Below, one piece after another: positions 48,401-57,118 of a stretch of DNA of 64,000 bases. Under the pieces are notes generated by a model that worked only from the letters and a program-made list of their open reading frames with translations, was not told the origin of the DNA and did not search any database. Position 1 is the stretch's first letter. Every line of letters begins with the position of its first letter. The position numbers were made by a program, and so were the translations under genes. Location of the stretch: positions 224,577-288,576 of the forward strand of contig JAZKFH010000013.1 of the NCBI GenBank assembly GCA_040386535.1. Reading direction: 5' to 3'. Origin of the DNA: Myxococcota bacterium (lineage in GTDB: Bacteria > Myxococcota_A > UBA796 > SXON01).

Positions 48401-50489
48401 TCCGGCTGAGCTTCTTGTGCGCCGAGAAGAACTCGACCGCCTCCGCGATGGTCATCTCGAGCACGTCGGCGATGGACTTGCCCTTCCAGAGCACCTCCAA
48501 TGTCTCCCGGTTGAAGCGGCGCGTGCTGCACGTCTCGCAGGGGATCTCGACGTCGGCGAGAAAGCTCATCTCGATCGTGCGCACGCCGGCGCCCTGGCAC
48601 GCCTCGCACCGCCCGCCCGCCACGTTGAAGCTGAATTGTCCCTTGGCGTAGCCGCGCAGCTTCGCCTCGGGGAGCGACGCGTACAGGTCCCGAACCAGAT
48701 CCCACGCGCCCGAGTAGGTGGCGGGGTTGGAGCGAGGCGTGCGGCCGATCGGCTGCTGGTCGATCTCGATGACCTTGTCGATCGCGTCGGAGCCGACGAG
48801 GCTCCCGCTGGTGAGGCCCTTCTCGATGACATCGAACAGGAGCGTGGACTTGCCCGAGCCGCTCACGCCCGTGAACACCGTGAACGTGCCGAGGGGGATG
48901 TCGAGATCCACGTCCTTGAGGTTGTTGGAGCTGGCGCCGCGCACCTTGAGCACGCCGCCGTCTCCCTTTCGGCGGGTCGCCGGGAGCGGGATCGTGTCCT
49001 CGTCCCGCAGGTAGCGCGCCGTGGCGGTGTCGAGCTGGATGAAGCGCGAGGGGTGGCCCTCGCCCACGAGCACGCCGCCGAGCCGACCGGCGCCGGGCCC
49101 GATGTCGACGATGTGATCGGCGCATTCCATCGTCTCGCGGTCATGCTCGACCACGACCACGGTGTTCCCCGCGTCCCGCAGGGCGATGAGCGCGTCGAGC
49201 AGCCGGCGGTTGTCGCGCGGGTGCAGGCCGATGCTCGGCTCGTCGAGAACGTAGGTGACACCTTGCAAGCCGCTGCCGACACACGCCGCGAGGCGGATGC
49301 GTTGGGCCTCGCCGCCCGAGAGCGTGCGCGCGCTGCGATCGAGCGAGAGGTAGCCGAGGCCGACGTGCTCCAGGAATTGGATGCGCTCGCGGATCTCGCG
49401 CACGATGCCCTCGCCGATCTTCGCCTCCGTCTCGGAGAGCATGACGCCCTCGAAGAACAGCCGTGCGTCCTCGACCGTCATGCGGCTCGCGTCGTGGATG
49501 CCCTTGCCGCGGAAATCGACGGCCAACGCGATCGGGTTCAGACGCTTCCCCACGCACGTGGGGCACACCTGCGGCGCGTCCGCGTCACGGGGGGCGGGGA
49601 CCAGGCGCTTGCCGACCTGGATGACCGCGCCGATGCCCATGCACGTCGGGCACGCGCCCTGGGGGGCGTTGAACGAGAAGAGGCGCGGCTCCAGCTCGGG
49701 GATGGAGATGCCGTGGTCCGGGCACGCGCGCTCGATGGCGTGGAGCGTGTATTCGTCGGGATCACCGCCGGCGCCGGACAACAGGATGCTCACGACGCCC
49801 TCCGCCATGCGGAGCGAGCGCTCGATGGCCTCGACGAGGCGCGGCCGATCGGAGAGCGAGAGTGTCAGGCGGTCGATGACGAGCTCGACGGTGTGCTTCT
49901 CGTAGCGGGCGAGCTGGACCGGATCCTCCAGCAGCCGCACCTCCCCATCGATGCGGGCGCGGAGCCACCCGTCCTTCGCCCACTTCTCCAGCTCGGCGCG
50001 GTATTCGCCCTTGCGGTCGCGGATGACCGGAGCGAGCACGTGCGCGCGGCGGCCCTCGGCCTCGCGGAGGAGCTGATCCGCGAGGTCCCCGGGGCTGCGC
50101 CGGGCGATGGCGCGCAGGCAGAGCGGGCACCGCGGCGTGCCGATGCGGGCGTAGAGCAGCCGCAGGTGGTCGTAGATCTCGGTGATGGTGCCGACGGTGG
50201 ACCGCGGGTTGCGGTTGACGGTCTTCTGGTCGATCGAGAGGGTGGGGGAGATACCCTCGACCTTGTCGACGTCGGGCTTCTCCATCTGGCCGAGGAACTG
50301 CCGCGCGTAGGGCGACAAGCTCTCGAGGAACCGGCGTTGTCCCTCCTGGTACAACGTGTCGAACGCCAGCGACGACTTGCCGCTGCCGCTGACCCCGGTG
50401 ACGACGATCAGCGCGTCACGGGGGAGATCGAGGTCGATTCCGCGGAGGTTGTGCTCACGCGCGCCACGGATGGTGATGGTACCGGACAT
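45465..50489 (-). CDS. uvrA: Excinuclease ABC subunit A, tandem-duplicated single-chain form (1674 aa)
   Basis: GAREHNL and GARRNNL unit starts; four GVSGSGK Walker A motifs; four LSGGEAQR signatures; four LDEP; two sets of Zn-finger Cys pairs. Confidence 0.93.
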   Translation of the reverse strand: MSGTITIRGAREHNLRGIDLDLPRDALIVVTGVSGSGKSSLAFDTLYQEGQRRFLESLSPYARQFLGQMEKPDVDKVEGISPTLSIDQKTVNRNPRSTVGTITEIYDHLRLLYARIGTPRCPLCLRAIARRSPGDLADQLLREAEGRRAHVLAPVIRDRKGEYRAELEKWAKDGWLRARIDGEVRLLEDPVQLARYEKHTVELVIDRLTLSLSDRPRLVEAIERSLRMAEGVVSILLSGAGGDPDEYTLHAIERACPDHGISIPELEPRLFSFNAPQGACPTCMGIGAVIQVGKRLVPAPRDADAPQVCPTCVGKRLNPIALAVDFRGKGIHDASRMTVEDARLFFEGVMLSETEAKIGEGIVREIRERIQFLEHVGLGYLSLDRSARTLSGGEAQRIRLAACVGSGLQGVTYVLDEPSIGLHPRDNRRLLDALIALRDAGNTVVVVEHDRETMECADHIVDIGPGAGRLGGVLVGEGHPSRFIQLDTATARYLRDEDTIPLPATRRKGDGGVLKVRGASSNNLKDVDLDIPLGTFTVFTGVSGSGKSTLLFDVIEKGLTSGSLVGSDAIDKVIEIDQQPIGRTPRSNPATYSGAWDLVRDLYASLPEAKLRGYAKGQFSFNVAGGRCEACQGAGVRTIEMSFLADVEIPCETCSTRRFNRETLEVLWKGKSIADVLEMTIAEAVEFFSAHKKLSRILETMARVGLGYVHLGQTATTLSGGEAQRLKLASELHRPPVKKRGAIGTEAIGRTVYLLDEPTTGLHFQDVRVLVGALQALVEVGHTVLVIEHNTDLVKTADLLIEMGPEGGVRGGRVLAVGTPEQIARTDTPTGHVLAALKDFGGQPVAFAAERPPASYGTGGGDLEIRGARRNNLRGIDVSLPRGKMTVVTGVSGSGKTSLAFDTIFAEGQRRYVECLSTYARRFLGRLDRAPVDSVRGLAPSIAIDQRNSGGNARSTVATVTELQDHFRLLWANLGVPHCPTCDAEVRAFGPSGGADHLARTRPGKGRLVAKLPAGTKSSWLREQGFVRGWVAGSGGKQSGGKEVDLETVETVAAVVVDRFDPNDVDRARVAEAIALAYRFGHDRATFHGATATVPLAQAAQCPDHGRIHTEPLTPRHFSFNHWLGACPACDGIGRQLLGSVYVPCPGCKGGRLKEGLLAVRFAGMGIGALGAMTVDEASTWFTGLKLHALDARIAEQPLREVRARLGFLSSVGLGFLTLGRTADTLSGGEAQRIRLASQLGGGLTGVIYVLDEPTIGLHPRDTARLLDTLEKLTDNENTLVVVEHDPETIRRADHVIDLGPGAGEYGGRVIGSAPPDKLGPESITGAWLRGERFIPVPTTRRAGGEPIRIKGATRNNLNKVNVDLPSNTLIAITGVSGSGKSTLIMDLLVGGLAGRDVPAKVTLPEGEWSFAVVDQSPIGRSPRSTPATYAGVMDPLRALFAATNTAKERGYDISRFSYNTKSGGCSVCGGYGSELVEMHFLSNVWVRCDACSGRRYARETLEVRWKGLSIADVLDLRVDDALELFSAHRSIARPLQALVDVGLGYVRLGQPGTELSGGEAQRVKLACGLAARQKRCLYVLDEPTTGLHLADIEKLVTVFDRLVEAGNTVIVVEHHLDVIRHADHVVDMGPEGGELGGKVVAQGTPEKVQKVKASWTGRALAGTLAGGDLAKTG

Positions 50490-50546
50490 GCCCCGCGGCT
50501 TAACGTGGTACTGCACGGGTGTGCAGGGGCTCGGGCGTGTCCCGCG

Positions 50547-51531
50547 TCACCAATCCTGCGCGGCGAGCAGGTCCCGGATCCGTTCGAGCGGTACGCCCAG
50601 CGCGCGGAGCGCCTCGCGGACCTCCGGCTCCAGTGCGCCGCCGCGCCGTAGCGCGTCCGCCATCCGGGGCGCGCTCCACCCCGACCGCCGGAGCGCGTCG
50701 AGCGCGGGGGAGGGGCCCACGCCGTTCTCACGCAGCGCATCGAGGAGGTCGGCATCCGACCAGCCCCCGTGGGACATCGTCGCGGCGGCGTCCGCGATCG
50801 GGGTGCCCGCGTCCAGCAACAGCAGCACACACTGGCTCGCGGGGAAGCCGAGCTCGCGCGCGACCGGGATCCACACGTCCGGCGGCTCGTGCGCGGACAC
50901 GTGTCGGACGGGCTCCCAGAGGGCCGTCCCCGCGCGGCCGCGTAGCTCCCACGCCAGCTTCAGGTACCGGAGGGACGGCGCCGCGCCCGCGTCGAGCGGG
51001 TGCTCGAGGACGCGGGCGATCCAGGTGGCCGCGAGGTCGGGTCCCACCTCGGCCTCGGCGTCGTCGAGCAGTTGGGTCCACGAGCCGCGGTGGACGAGGC
51101 GCTCACGTTGGAGGGCCGGTGGAAGCCAGACCAACTGTGTCAACGTACCGAGCGGCCACTGCTCGATCACCGTGGCGAGCGCGCGGTCCACCTCCCAGGG
51201 GGACAGGCACCGCTTCGCGACCTCCACCGCTGCGTACCGTGACCTCTGTCATCCACCCAGAGGCGCGATCCACCACGGCCTGCGCGGCCTCGTCTCCGCC
51301 GGTGACGGCGCAGAGGGTGTCGAGCCAATACTCCTCTTCGCCCTCGAGCAGGAACGTCGACATGCCCTCTCCGGCGGAATCGCGGTCGTCCCAGAAGTCG
51401 TGCAAGCACTCGACGCGCCCCACCACCTCTTCCAGCGGGACTCCCCGCTCGATCGCGCCCCGCGACAGCTCCTCGAACGTGCCGCCCCGGCGGTGGATGT
51501 CGGCGAGCAGTTCGGGAAGATCGGGGTGCAT
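50547..51531 (-). pseudogene. Hypothetical gene apparently split by a frameshift near 51225-51275 (pseudogene or assembly error)
   Basis: MHPDLPELL...AVVDR frame (from 51531) turns non-protein-like where the ..YAAVEVAKRCLSPW..LAAQDW frame begins. Confidence 0.5.
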
Positions 51532-51561
51532 GGGTGGGAGGCATAACGTTACTCCGCGCGC

Positions 51562-52638
51562 ATGGGACTCGACTGGAACCCCGGAAACAAGCCACTCCCG
51601 GGCCGGGAGGCCGAGGCGGCGACGCTGCGGGCGGCTATCCTCGCCGAACCGTCCGTGGAGACGGTGGGGGATGCGTGGACCTGGCACGCGATCATCGCCG
51701 CGGCCATCCTCGCCCTCGCGGCGTGGGGCATCGGTTGGTTCGAACATCCGGTGCGCTCCGGCTTCGTCCTGTGCACCTTCTACTTCCTCGTGGGTTGGCC
51801 GATCTACGCCTGGTGGAGAGGGCTGGAGCCGCGAGCGGCGGTCGTCTACGTCACGACGGGCATCTGGCACCCCGTCGCCGCGTACGGGCTCCTCGGGTTC
51901 GTCCTCGTGCGCCGAGGATGGCCGCTCCGCCTGGACCCGCCCACGGACCCGTCCATGTCGCTTTGGCTTGGTTGGTTTGCCCCCAACGCCATCGCGACGT
52001 TTTGTGCGGTGTTGATGGCACTGGGAGTGTGGGCGTATGGGTGGCGGTTCTTCGACCCTCGCCGGCTGCGGTACTCCGGTGAGCGCGACGCCCTGCGGGC
52101 GCGCTTCTTCGAGCTCTCGCTCGCCGCGTACACCACCGTCGGTGCGCCCATCGTCGGCCACGACGCCTCGGCGGACGCGTGGATATTGGAGGTGGCGCGG
52201 CGCCCCCGCGACGGGCAGGTTCCCACCGAGGAAGAAGTCGTGGCAAAGGTGCGGAGCTTCGCGGGGTACCGCGTGCTCGCCCTCGCACCGCCGAGCGACG
52301 GCCTCCCCGTGTACTGCAACGCGATCCTCAACCCACACCTGGAGTTGGTTTCCTTTCGCGCGGCCTTCCTGAATGATTGTGAGGACGTGATCGGCGCCGA
52401 TTTGCTTGCCTCCGCCCGCCGCCCGATGAGCGCCGACAAGCTCGTGGCGTACGGCAACGCGCTGTTGGAGCGTGTGCGCGCCTGGGCTGTGGCCCACGGG
52501 GTGTCCGAGATGGAGCACCGTCGGGACCCTCCGGACGACCTGGAGTCGCCCGCGGGCCGCGCGCACATCGGGTTCTCCGCGGCGAAGTGGTGCTTGTATT
52601 GGGGCGGGAGGGGGCACGGGTTGGATCCGTGGGCTTAG
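51562..52638 (+). CDS. Hypothetical protein with about 4 N-terminal TM segments and a soluble C-terminal domain
   Basis: 358-aa ORF with good GC3 bias; MGLDWNPGNKP start; SFRAAFL.DC, HI.FSAAKWC..W..RGHG. Confidence 0.65.
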   Translation: MGLDWNPGNKPLPGREAEAATLRAAILAEPSVETVGDAWTWHAIIAAAILALAAWGIGWFEHPVRSGFVLCTFYFLVGWPIYAWWRGLEPRAAVVYVTTGIWHPVAAYGLLGFVLVRRGWPLRLDPPTDPSMSLWLGWFAPNAIATFCAVLMALGVWAYGWRFFDPRRLRYSGERDALRARFFELSLAAYTTVGAPIVGHDASADAWILEVARRPRDGQVPTEEEVVAKVRSFAGYRVLALAPPSDGLPVYCNAILNPHLELVSFRAAFLNDCEDVIGADLLASARRPMSADKLVAYGNALLERVRAWAVAHGVSEMEHRRDPPDDLESPAGRAHIGFSAAKWCLYWGGRGHGLDPWA

Positions 52639-52805
52639 GGCGGCATCCCTTTCGGGCCCCCACCGCGGCGCACCGACCCGACAGAACGTGCGTCACGACC
52701 GGTCGTGAGGCGAGATCTGTCGGGTTTGGGTTTGCACGCGGCGCCGCGCGCACCCAAACCATCTTCATCCACAAGGCGATGCGCCGAGGAGGTAGGGTGC
52801 ACCTC

Positions 52806-53339
52806 ATGCTCCTCCTCATCGCCCTCGCCGCCGCCGAGCCCCAGGCACAGGTGTTCGGCGGCATCGGGATCTCCGTCGATCCGGCGGCCGAACATCCCCT
52901 CGGCCTCTTCGTCGACACCTCCATCCGCGTGCTCGTGGACATGCAGGTTCTGTTCGGCCAGGAGATCGGCGCGCACCTTCAACTCCGCGCCCCCGGGCTT
53001 CGCCGCGTGGAGCCGTGGCTGCTCGCGACGGTGGGCGCCGGGTCCTACTCGCTCGAAGACGGGGGCTTCATCCCCTGGTCCGCGGTGTCGGCCCACGCGG
53101 GGATCGGGTGGTCCGAGCGCGCCTGGGCCTGGCGTGCGGGCGGCGGCTTCGAGAAGAACCTCTCGAGCGCCTTCGTCTACCGGCCGGTGACACCCACGTC
53201 ACGTAGCGTGTGGACCGGCACCCAGTGGATGGCAATCCAGGCCCAAGGGGGCGTCATCGGGCGGTTCGATTCCAGCCTGCTCGCGGTGGCGGTGGACACC
53301 GGGCTGCGGTTCCAGCCGATGATGGTGGGCGACAATTGA
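52806..53339 (+). CDS. Secreted hypothetical protein, possibly a small beta-barrel
   Basis: MLLLIALAAA signal; alternating beta-strand pattern; alternative GTG start at 52797. Confidence 0.55.
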   Translation: MLLLIALAAAEPQAQVFGGIGISVDPAAEHPLGLFVDTSIRVLVDMQVLFGQEIGAHLQLRAPGLRRVEPWLLATVGAGSYSLEDGGFIPWSAVSAHAGIGWSERAWAWRAGGGFEKNLSSAFVYRPVTPTSRSVWTGTQWMAIQAQGGVIGRFDSSLLAVAVDTGLRFQPMMVGDN

Positions 53340-53680
53340 TCCTCATCGCCCTCCTGTCCGCTTGCACCGGAGCGGACTGCCCGAACACAGACGCCGAGCG
53401 CACGGAGTTCGCCCGCCAATACGGGACCCAACTCTACGACTACTACGTCACGTGCCTGGAGCCGGGCACGTACGCGCCGGACACCCTCGAAGGTGTCGTC
53501 GCGTTCGTGGAGCAACGCGCGATGCTCCTCGAGCGGTGCGGCGGCGCCTACGACCGGTGCGCCGCCGCGCTGTGCCTGGAGGAGCTGGCCACGCGGTCGG
53601 ATTGCCAGGTTCCCGTGATCTGCGAGCTCGACGGGACCCTGTTCACACCGGCCTGCGAGCACCAGGACACCGCGCGGTAG
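53336..53680 (+). CDS. Small Cys-rich lipoprotein
   Basis: TTG 53336 overlapping the upstream TGA; MILIALLSAC; multiple Cys. Confidence 0.65.
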   Translation: MILIALLSACTGADCPNTDAERTEFARQYGTQLYDYYVTCLEPGTYAPDTLEGVVAFVEQRAMLLERCGGAYDRCAAALCLEELATRSDCQVPVICELDGTLFTPACEHQDTAR

Positions 53681-53683
53681 AGG

Positions 53684-55273
53684 CTACCGACCCCCCGACC
53701 CCGACCCGTCCTTCCCACCCGAGCGCCACACGCCGGGCGTGACCTCCTTCGCGTCGGAATTGCGGGGCCGCAGGGCCTCGCCGGTCTTCGGCCACTCGCC
53801 CCAGGTCGCTCCGCCCGCGCGGTTGTCGAAGTTGCTGCCGCCGCTGGCGGGGCCGCGCGGACCATTGCCGCGGCTGCCACCACCGCCACCACCGCCGCCG
53901 AAGCCGCGCCCACCACCGCCGCCGGAGGGCCCGCGCCCGCCGCCGCCACCACCACCGCCGCCGCCGCTCGGACCCCGATTGGCGCTCGGCCCGGGCCCGC
54001 GCCCGCCGCCGCCACCGCCGCCACCGGGAGCCGGCGCGCCGGTCTTGCGGGCCTGCTTGGCCTGGGCGCGCGCGCGCTCGTCGGACTTGCGGGCGCGGAT
54101 GGCCGCGATGCGCTCGCCGATGGGGATCTCGAGGGCCTCTGTCGGGCGCTGGCCGTAGTCGAAGTCGTCGAGCTTCACGCGGTTGAGCTTGCGGCCGATG
54201 GCCTTCTCGATCGCGTACAGATCGTTCTCTTCCTCGGGGCACACGAACGTGAAGGCCTCGCCCGTCGCGTCGGCGCGCGCGGTGCGGCCCACGCGGTGGA
54301 TGTAGTCCTCGGGCATGTGCGGCACGTCGAAGTTCACGACGTGCTCGAGCTGCTCCACGTCGATGCCGCGCGCCACGATGTCGGTCGCGCAGAGGACGCG
54401 GATGCTCCCGTCCTTGAAGGCCGCGAGCGCGTCGGTGCGCTGGGCCTGGCTGCGGTTGCCGTGCATGCGCGCGTTCGGGATGCCCTGCTTCTCGAGGTAC
54501 TCGGAGAGGCGGTTCGTGCGGTGCTTGGTGCGCGTGAACACGATCACGTTGCCGATGGTGTCACGCTTGAGGAGCTCGACCAGCAGCGCGCCCTTGGCGG
54601 CCTGCGACACGGGGTAGACCACCTGCGTGATGCCCGTGGCCGGCGCGGCCTTGCGCTCGATGTTGAACGCGACGGGGTCCTTGAGCATCTCCTTCGAGAG
54701 GCGCTGGATCTCGTTCGGCATCGTGGCGCTGAAGAACAACGTCTGGCGTTGCTTCGGGATCTGCGCGAGCACGCGGCGCACGTCGGGGAGGAAACCCATG
54801 TCGAGCATGCGGTCGGCCTCGTCCAGGACGAGGATCTCCAGCTTGTCGAGGCGCGCGTAGGGGTTCTGCAGGTGGTCGAGCAGGCGGCCGGGCGTCGCGA
54901 TCAGCACGTCCACGCCGTTGCGGAACGCGCGCTCCTGCGGGCCCATCGCGACGCCGCCGAACACCGAGGCGCCGGTCAGGTTGGTGTGCTTCGCGAGCAG
55001 CTCGAAGTGCTCCAGGATCTGCGCCGCGAGCTCCCGCGTGGGGGTGAGCACCAGCACGCGCGTGGTGCCGCGGGGCTTCTGCAGGAGGCGGTGCATGATC
55101 GGGAGGAGGAAGGCGGCGGTCTTGCCGCTGCCCGTCATCGCGGCGGCGAGCAGATCGCGGCCGGCCATCCCGGCGGGGATGGTCTGCTCCTGGATCGGCG
55201 TGGGGCGCGTGAAGCCGAGATCGGTGACGCCCTGGAGCAGGCGCGCGTCCAGGTCGAAGGTCGTGAAGTCCAC
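53684..55273 (-). CDS. DEAD-box RNA helicase (RhlE-like) with a Gly/Arg-rich tail
   Basis: GTG 55273; Q motif PTPIQ, TGSGKT, PTRELA, TPGRL, DEAD, SAT, ARGID, HRVGRTAR. Confidence 0.95.
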   Translation of the reverse strand: MDFTTFDLDARLLQGVTDLGFTRPTPIQEQTIPAGMAGRDLLAAAMTGSGKTAAFLLPIMHRLLQKPRGTTRVLVLTPTRELAAQILEHFELLAKHTNLTGASVFGGVAMGPQERAFRNGVDVLIATPGRLLDHLQNPYARLDKLEILVLDEADRMLDMGFLPDVRRVLAQIPKQRQTLFFSATMPNEIQRLSKEMLKDPVAFNIERKAAPATGITQVVYPVSQAAKGALLVELLKRDTIGNVIVFTRTKHRTNRLSEYLEKQGIPNARMHGNRSQAQRTDALAAFKDGSIRVLCATDIVARGIDVEQLEHVVNFDVPHMPEDYIHRVGRTARADATGEAFTFVCPEEENDLYAIEKAIGRKLNRVKLDDFDYGQRPTEALEIPIGERIAAIRARKSDERARAQAKQARKTGAPAPGGGGGGGGRGPGPSANRGPSGGGGGGGGGGRGPSGGGGGRGFGGGGGGGGSRGNGPRGPASGGSNFDNRAGGATWGEWPKTGEALRPRNSDAKEVTPGVWRSGGKDGSGSGGR

Positions 55274-55406
55274 TTTGGTCCTTGGTAGCGCGGCGGGCCC
55301 TCCCCCCGGATGGCGGAGTGCGTGCGCGCGCACGAGCGGCGTGGCGATTCGGCCCGGCGCTCAATCGCCGCCCATGTAGCCCGGGAAGGCCGCTCCGTCG
55401 TCCCCG

Positions 55407-56381
55407 TCAGCGCGCGGGCCGCTCCAGCACGGCGCAGGCGGCGCTCGCGCCCGACGTGCACGCGTCGCGCAAGGGGGCGTCGCCGTAGATGGCGCGGCCG
55501 TCGCCGAGCTCGTCGCACGCCCAGTCGTGCCGCTCGGTGCACGCCCGGACCAGGTGCCGCGCCGCGGTCGTCACGTCGCCTCGCAGCGACACGAGCAGGC
55601 TCGCGGCCTCGGCGCAGCTCTCCACGGCGTCACGATCGCAGCTCTTCTCCAGGATCGTGAGCGCCCGCCCTGGCGACGCCGCCGTGCCCTCGCCCCACTC
55701 CACGCGCAGGCCGAACTGGCGGCACGCGGGCTCGAAACCCAGGCGACAGCTCCGCTTCCAGGCAGCCAGCGCCGCGCGTTCCTCGGAAGCGTCGCCCCGG
55801 CCCCGTGACGCGGCCTCGCCGGAGTCGGCGCCCTTCAACGCGGCCAGATCGGCGCACGCATCCACCGAGCCGAGCTCGCACCCCCGGGCCAGGGCGGCGC
55901 GCGCCGCGATCGGGTCCTCGTGCGGCAGGAGCGCCAGCGTGTAGCAGGCCATGGCCGCGCCGAGCTCGCACGCGCGCCGCATCGCGTAGTCCTGCTCGAC
56001 GGCGTCGGTGCTGTACAGCGAGAGCTGATCGCACGCGAACGCGCTCCCGCCCGCGCACGCGGCCCGGTGCCCGGCCGCCAACGTCGCCCCCCCGGTCGCG
56101 TCCCCGAGCAGGATCAGGTTGTTGCACGAGAACCACCAGCCGCCCTCGCACGCACGCCGGTGCGCCGCGATCGCCGCGTCTCGCCGCCCCGCCGCCTCGT
56201 GCACCACGCCCGCGTCCGCGCAGGCCGCGGCCTCACCCGCGTCGCAAGCCGTCATGTACGCGCCGAGGAGGGATTCCTGCGCTGACGGCCGGGTCATCGC
56301 CCCGAGCACGTCCGAAACCGCGGCGTCGCGAGTGGGATCGGCCGCGAGGGCCGGAAGCGTGAGGAGGAGCACGTACGACAT
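55407..56381 (-). CDS. Secreted Cys-rich Sel1-like repeat protein (Hcp-like)
   Basis: Signal peptide; repeated A..RAC.LG...AC..L units. Confidence 0.8.
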   Translation of the reverse strand: MSYVLLLTLPALAADPTRDAAVSDVLGAMTRPSAQESLLGAYMTACDAGEAAACADAGVVHEAAGRRDAAIAAHRRACEGGWWFSCNNLILLGDATGGATLAAGHRAACAGGSAFACDQLSLYSTDAVEQDYAMRRACELGAAMACYTLALLPHEDPIAARAALARGCELGSVDACADLAALKGADSGEAASRGRGDASEERAALAAWKRSCRLGFEPACRQFGLRVEWGEGTAASPGRALTILEKSCDRDAVESCAEAASLLVSLRGDVTTAARHLVRACTERHDWACDELGDGRAIYGDAPLRDACTSGASAACAVLERPAR

Positions 56382-56421
56382 CGACGGCGTCTGCTTACCC
56401 CGCGCGCGGTAGGATGCGCCC

Positions 56422-56823
56422 ATGAACGATCTTCGCGTCCGCATCGGCTTCTACGCCGCCGCCGCCTTCAACATCGTCGGCATGTTGGTGTTCACCCGCC
56501 TCTTCACCAACGACCTGCTCTTCGCCACCGACCCCGCCCTGTTCTCCCGCCAGGGCTGCGCCCTCGTGATCGTCTGGGGCCTCGCGTACCTCGCGCAGTC
56601 GCTGAGCTGGCGGGTGGCCCCGTGGATCAGCGCCGTGTTCGCGGTCGAGAAGGTGTTCTTCGCCGGCTCCTGGCTCGTCTGGATGATGGGCAACGCCCAC
56701 CGCCTCCCCGAGATCGCCGCCGCCGACACGCTCGCGGGCTCGTTCTACGGGCTCTACGGCGTCGGGGATGCGCTGTTCGCCGGCTTCTTCGTGTGGGCGT
56801 TCCTCCAGGCGCGCAAGCGCTAG
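56422..56823 (+). CDS. Hypothetical 4-TM membrane protein
   Basis: 133 aa, four hydrophobic segments; VWGLAY, FAVEK. Confidence 0.75.
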   Translation: MNDLRVRIGFYAAAAFNIVGMLVFTRLFTNDLLFATDPALFSRQGCALVIVWGLAYLAQSLSWRVAPWISAVFAVEKVFFAGSWLVWMMGNAHRLPEIAAADTLAGSFYGLYGVGDALFAGFFVWAFLQARKR

Positions 56824-57061
56824 GTCACTCGGGCGCCCCGGCGCCTGTCGGCGCCGTCGCCGTGCTGCGGGCTCGGCCTCTGGCCTCGGTCCGGCGGCGG
56901 CCGCCGGGACCGCGCGCCCCGAGCGGCGCGCGCCCTCCGCATGGCTGGCGCGGTGGCGTTTCACTCGCGGAGGAAGTCCGACGCGCGGGCGCGCGCGATC
57001 CCCTGAAGTGAAGGTTGAAAGCACCGCCGAGCACAAACGCGGCAGAAGCATCCCGCGCTTG

Positions 57062-57090
57062 TTGCATTGGTCGAACACCGACAGTATCGT
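57062..57090 (+). promoter_or_regulatory. Putative sigma70-type promoter
   Basis: TTGCAT (57062-57067), 17-bp spacer, TATCGT (57085-57090), 28 nt upstream of ATG 57119, in a locally AT-richer stretch. Confidence 0.55.
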
Positions 57091-57118
57091 GCGGGCCCTT
57101 CGAACCAAAGGTGTCCGC

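Noticed and set aside
44574..50651. 2025-aa plus-strand ORF and other very long ORFs (37718-41971, 15132-17993, 23130-26048, 30780-33773, 33286-35967, 20348-22957)
   Set aside because: Antisense shadows of well-supported genes; stop codons are scarce in high-GC DNA and the translations have no recognisable motifs
53860..54030. CCG/CCA trinucleotide-rich repeats
   Set aside because: They encode the Gly/Arg-rich tail of the DEAD-box helicase, which is normal for the family
56970..56979. GAGGAAGTCC resembling the RNase P RNA motif GAGGAAAGTCC
   Set aside because: One base short, and no matching 3' conserved motif or room for the full RNA before the next promoter and gene
56768..57118. N-terminal 117-aa extension of the zincin-like ORF
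   Set aside because: Low-complexity Arg/Ala translation that overlaps the upstream gene and contains the promoter-like element; ATG 57119 is preferred
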